64,000 bases of DNA from the NCBI GenBank assembly GCA_002269645.1, contig NIVC01002095.1, positions 56,614-120,613 on the forward strand, read 5' to 3'. Position numbers and translations under genes: made by a program. This DNA is from Macrostomum lignano (lineage: Eukaryota). The stretch's first letter is position 1. Each line of letters begins with the position of its first letter. A model generated the notes under the pieces. It was given only the letters and a program-made list of their open reading frames with translations. It did not search any database and was not told the origin of the DNA. This document shows positions 59,165 to 64,000 of the stretch, one piece after another.

Positions 59165-60660
59165 GGCTGGATCTGGGAGGCTGGCCCAGCAACTGAAGAT
59201 CTGGGAGGCTGGCCCAGCAACTGAAGATCTGGGAGGCTGGCCATCAACTGAGGATCTGGGAGGCTGGCCCAGCAACTGACACTCTGGGAGGCTGGCCCAG
59301 CAACTGAGGATCTGGGAGGCTGGCCCAGCAACTGAAGATCTGGGAGGCTGGCCAGCAACTGAGGATCTGGGAGGCTGGCCTAGCAACTGAAGATCTGGGA
59401 GGCTGGCCTAGCAACTGAAGATCTGGGAGGCTAGTGGCCCAGCAACTGAGGATCTGGGAGGCTGGCCCAGCAACTGAGGATCTGGGAGGCTGGCCCAGCA
59501 ACTGACACTCTGGGAGGCTGGCCCAGCAACTGAGGATCTGGGAGGCTGGCCCAGCAACTGAGGATCTGGGAGGCTGGCCCAGCAACTGAGGATCTGGGAG
59601 GCTGGCCCATCAACTGAGGATCTGGGAGGCTGGCCCAGCAACTGACACTCTGGGAGGCTGGCCCAGCAACTGACACTCTGGGAGGCTGGCCCAGCAACTG
59701 AGGATCTGGGAGGCTGGCCCAGCAACTGAAGATCTGGGAGGCTGGCCCAGCAACTGAGGATCTGGGAGGCTGGCCTAGCAACTGAAGATCTGGGAGGCTG
59801 GCCTAGCAACTGAAGATCTGGGAGGCTAGTGGCCCAGCAACTGAGGATCTGGGAGGCTGGCCCAGCAACTGAGGATCTGGGAGGCTGGCCCAGCAACTGA
59901 CACTCTGGGAGGCTGGCCAGCAACTGAGGATCTGGGAGGCTGGCCCAGCAACTGACACTCTGGGAGGCTGGCCCAGCAACTGAAGATCTGGGAGGCTGGC
60001 CAGCAACTGAGGATCTGGGAGGCTGGCCCATCAACTGAGGATCTGGGAGGCTGGCCAGCAACTGACACTCTGGGAGGCTGGCCAGCAACTGAGGATCTGG
60101 GAGGCTGGCCCAGCAACTGAAGATCTGGGAGGCTGGCCAGCAACTGAGGATCTGGGAGGCTGGCCTAGCAACTGACACTCTGGGAGGCTGGCCTAGCAAC
60201 TGAAGATCTGGGAGGCTAGTGGCCCAGCAACTGAAGATCTGGGAGGCTGGCCCAGCAACTGAGGATCTGGGAGGCTGGCCCAGCAAATGACACTCTGGGA
60301 GGCTGGCCCAGCAACTGACACTCTGGGAGGCTGGCCCAGCAACTGACACTCTGGGAGGCTGGCCCAGCAACTGAGGATCTAGGAGGCTGGCCCAGCAACT
60401 GAGGATCTGGGAGGCTGGCCCAGCAACTGAGGATCTGGGAGGCTGGCCAGCAACTGAGGATCTGGGAGGCTGGCCCATCAACTGAGGATCTGGGAGGCTG
60501 GCCAGCAACTGACACTCTGGGAGGCTGGCCAGCAACTGACACTCTGGAGGCTGGCCCAGCAACTGAGGATCTGGGAGGCTGGCCCAGCAACTGACACTCT
60601 GGAGGCTGGCCCAGCAACTGAGGATCTGGGAGGCTGGCCCAGCAACTGAGGATCTGAAGA
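59165..60660 (+). repeat. 28-bp satellite (GGGAGGCTGGCCCAGCAACTGAGGATCT)
   Basis: Direct reading. Confidence 0.97.
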
Positions 60661-61339
60661 TGCTACGAAATATTAAAAAAAATTAGGCAAAAAAGCAGAT
60701 TTTATGCAATCTGAAACAAAATAAGTGACAAATCTTGGAAGCAATATATATTTCGAGTTGCTAGAATGCAATAAATATTGGTTGGCATAGTCAAATACAC
60801 AGGAAAGCACTTCAAGTTGGCCTGGAAATCGCTTCTTTGTGACGAGAAACCATCAAAAGACAGTTAAAGCATCGAGGTGTTAAAACACCAAAAATTGTCA
60901 TGGCATAATTTGTGCCTTAAAAATTCGAAAAAGCAATCGTTGCAGACATGCCAGGCATAATCTCAGAAAAAATATTGCGATTTTTTTAAAATATGAAAAG
61001 TTGAATATTAATATTTGTAGAAAAAACTCCTGGAAAGGAACCAAGAGCCGGTATTAACATTTAAATCTGGAATTTGAATTTGAAATAAAAATGCAAAAAT
61101 AGAGTACCAGTGTCGAATCAATTCTAAATTACATTTTTATCACCTTCTTATTGACGAATAATACAGGGATGTGATGAAGTTTGTTTGTCGTAGAGAAATT
61201 TTGTAAACAATAAATTAGTGCATATAACCATGTACATAAGACTTAATCTATTGCACTGATTAAAAGATATCAAAGTAGTTTATTAGAAACCATTCTGCAT
61301 TGATATAAACACTGGATTCTCGGCATTGTGAGGTCGGTC

Positions 61340-62885
61340 GCAAACTGAGATATCGTTGAGATCCATACTGACCTATGAGATCTCGATGAGATCTACACTG
61401 ACCTATGATATCTAAATGAGATCTACACTTACCTATAAGATTCAATGAGGTCTACAACTGACCTATGAGATTTCAATGAGATCCACACACTGACCTATGA
61501 TCTCACTGAGATCCACACACTGATTATGAGATCTCACTGAGACCCACACTGACCCTTGAGATCTCAATGAGATCTACAAACTTATCTATGAGATCTCAAT
61601 GAGATCAACACTGACTTATGCCATCTCAATGAGATCCACACTGACCTATGAGATCTCACTGAGATCCACACTGACCTATGAGATCTCAATGAGATCCAAC
61701 ACCGACTTATGCCATCTCAATGAGATCCACACTGACCATGAGATCTCACTGAGATCCACACTGACCTATGAGATCTCAATGAGATCTACAAACTTATCTA
61801 TGAGATCTCAATGAGATCCACACACTGACCTATGCCATCTCAATGAGATCTACACACTTATCTTTGAGATCTCAATGAGATCCACACACTGACCTATGCC
61901 ATCTCAATGAGATCTACAAACTTATCTATGAGATCTCAATGAGATCCACACACTGACCTATGCCATCGCAATGAGATCCACACTGACCTATGAGATCTCA
62001 CTGAGATCCACACTGACCTATGAGATCTCAATGAGATCTACAAACTTATCTATGAGATCTCAATGAGATCCACACACTGACCTATGCCATCTCAATGAGA
62101 TCTACACACTTATCTTTGAGATCTCAATGAGATCCACACACTGACCTATGCCATCTCAATGAGATCTACAAACTTATCTATGAGATCTCAATGAGATCCA
62201 CACTGACCTATGAGATCTCAATGAGATCCACACTGACCTATGAGATCTCACTGAGATCCACACTGACCTATGAGATCTCAATGAGATCCACACACTGACC
62301 TATGCCATCTCAATGAGATCTACACACTTATCTTTGAGATCTCAATGAGATCCACACACTGACCTATGCCATCTCAATGAGATCTACAAACTTATCTATG
62401 AGATCTCAATGAGATCACACACACTGACCTATGCCATCGCAATGAGATCCACACTGACCTATGAGATCTCACTGAGATCCACACTGACCTATGAGATCTC
62501 AATGAGATCTACAAACTTATCTATGAGATCTCAATGAGATCCACACACTGACCTATGCCATCTCAATGAGATCTACACACTTATCTTTGAGATCTCAATG
62601 AGATCCACACACTGACCTATGCCATCTCAATGAGATCTACAAACTTATCTATGAATCTCAATGAGATCCACACACTGACCTATGCCATCGCAATGAGATC
62701 ACACTGACCTATGAGATCTCACTGAGTTCCACACTGACCTATGAGATCTCAATGAGATCTACAAACTTATCTATGAGATCTCAATGAGATCCACACACTG
62801 ACCTATGCCATCTCAATGAGATCTACACACTTATCTATGAGATCTCAATGAGATCCACTCACTGATCTATGCCATCTCAATGAGA
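61340..62885 (+). repeat. 30-32-bp satellite (GAGATCTCAATGAGATCCACACTGACCTAT) with higher-order blocks
   Basis: Direct reading; contains the palindrome GAGATCTC. Confidence 0.96.
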
Positions 62886-62899
62886 CCAGTGCTCCCCCT

Positions 62900-63480
62900 C
62901 AAAGAACTGCGGACTTCAGACCGCTCTAGACATCTGCCGTCAAGCACGTCGTCGACAGTGTCGCGCTGCTGCCAGCCTCGCCGTCGCAATGGCCGACAAC
63001 GTCGTTATCGTCGTCGCTGTCGGCCTCGTGGAAGTGGCACGGCGTCGGCGCTGGCGACGGGCTCGGGCAGCGGCAAGTCGCCGCCGCGCCACCGACGCCG
63101 GCGTCGACGTAGCCGACGACGAGATCGGCGACGTCGATTACTGACGGCCCGTCGAGCTTCGCCGCCACCACCGGCGCCGTTGTTTACGCGACAATTAAAC
63201 GTCGGTCTCTCGCCGTCGTCCTGTTCAATAACCAAATCGTACATCGCCGCCGCGGTAGGGTTGTTAGTTTTGTTGTTGTTATTGTTGACTCTTGACACCA
63301 GAAGGAAGCTTGAACAACGCGACAACACGGCGGCCAAGTCGGCAGCTGAGGCGCTGTCGATAAGCGCCGTTTTCGCATGCCGGCGTCGTTTCTATAGGAC
63401 ACGAGTTGGCAGGATCGGCGCACTCGGCGATGAAGGCCACCATTCGCGAGTATCGGAGGCTGGGAGGTGCCGCGACGCTG
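62900..63480. other. GC-rich probable coding exon(s) of an unidentified gene, most likely minus strand
   Basis: Exon-like composition between two satellites; minus-strand acceptors ttccaatcaacag and gtgtcctatag; open frame KRRRHAKTALIDSASAADLAAVLSRCSSFLLVSRV..MYDLVIEQDDGERPTFNCRV. No family recognised. Confidence 0.3.
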
Positions 63481-63499
63481 TTGATTGGAAAAAGTAGAC

Positions 63500-64000
63500 A
63501 TCACGAGGATTAGAAGATACCCATAGGCATCAAGATTAGAGAGCACCCACGAGGATTATAAGACACCCACAAGGAGTAGAAAACACACAAGAGGATTAGA
63601 GGACACCCTCAAGGATTAGAGGACGAGAATAAGAAGGCACACAGAAAGATTAGGGGCACCCACAAGAGTATAAGACATCCAGAAAGATTAAAGGACACCT
63701 CGAGAATAAGAAGACACTCTCGAGGATAAGAAGACAACCTCGAGAGATAAGAAAAAACCTCGAGGATAAGAAGACACCCTCGAGGATGAGAAGACACCCT
63801 CGAGGATAAGAAGACACCCTCGAGATAAGGAGACACCCTCGAGATAAGGAGACACCCTCGAGGACAACAAGACACACCTCGAGGATAAGAAGACACCCTC
63901 GAGATAAGAAGACACCCTCGAGGATAAGAAGACACCCTCGAGGATAAGAAGACACCCTCGAGGATAAGACACCCTCGTGGATGAGAGGATACTCATAAAG
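63500..64000 (+). repeat. 20-21-bp minisatellite (GAGGATAAGAAGACACCCTC), runs off window
   Basis: Direct reading. Confidence 0.93.

Noticed and set aside
62880-63497. 205-aa Arg-rich + strand ORF as a gene
   Set aside because: It starts inside a satellite, is low-complexity, has no recognisable motif, and is likely a shadow of GC-rich sequence.

Overview
Eukaryotic (metazoan) genomic DNA, not prokaryotic: short GC-rich exons with GT-AG introns, and roughly half the window (about 34 kb by my tally) in some 35 different tandem-repeat arrays, most inside introns. The style suggests a repeat-rich free-living flatworm such as Macrostomum (inference only). Hand-spliced gene models on +: 3' part of ciliary CC2D2A/MKS6, a PP6 regulatory ankyrin subunit (ANKRD28/44/52-like, one frameshift) and a DEG/ENaC channel. 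On -: a putative small secreted orphan protein, a UspA-domain universal stress protein, ITFG2 (KICSTOR), a GPI-type folate-receptor-family protein and an ankyrin-like/SOCS-box protein (one frameshift). Mobile DNA: a 5'-inverted RTE-like LINE with a 10-bp target-site duplication, a tRNA-derived CORE-like SINE and a MITE-like element. The best leads are an intronic minisatellite made of RFX X-box motifs inside the ciliary gene, the twin-primed LINE, an unidentified ~150-nt structured element present twice, and the one-private-satellite-per-intron architecture. No CRISPR or defence system is supported.
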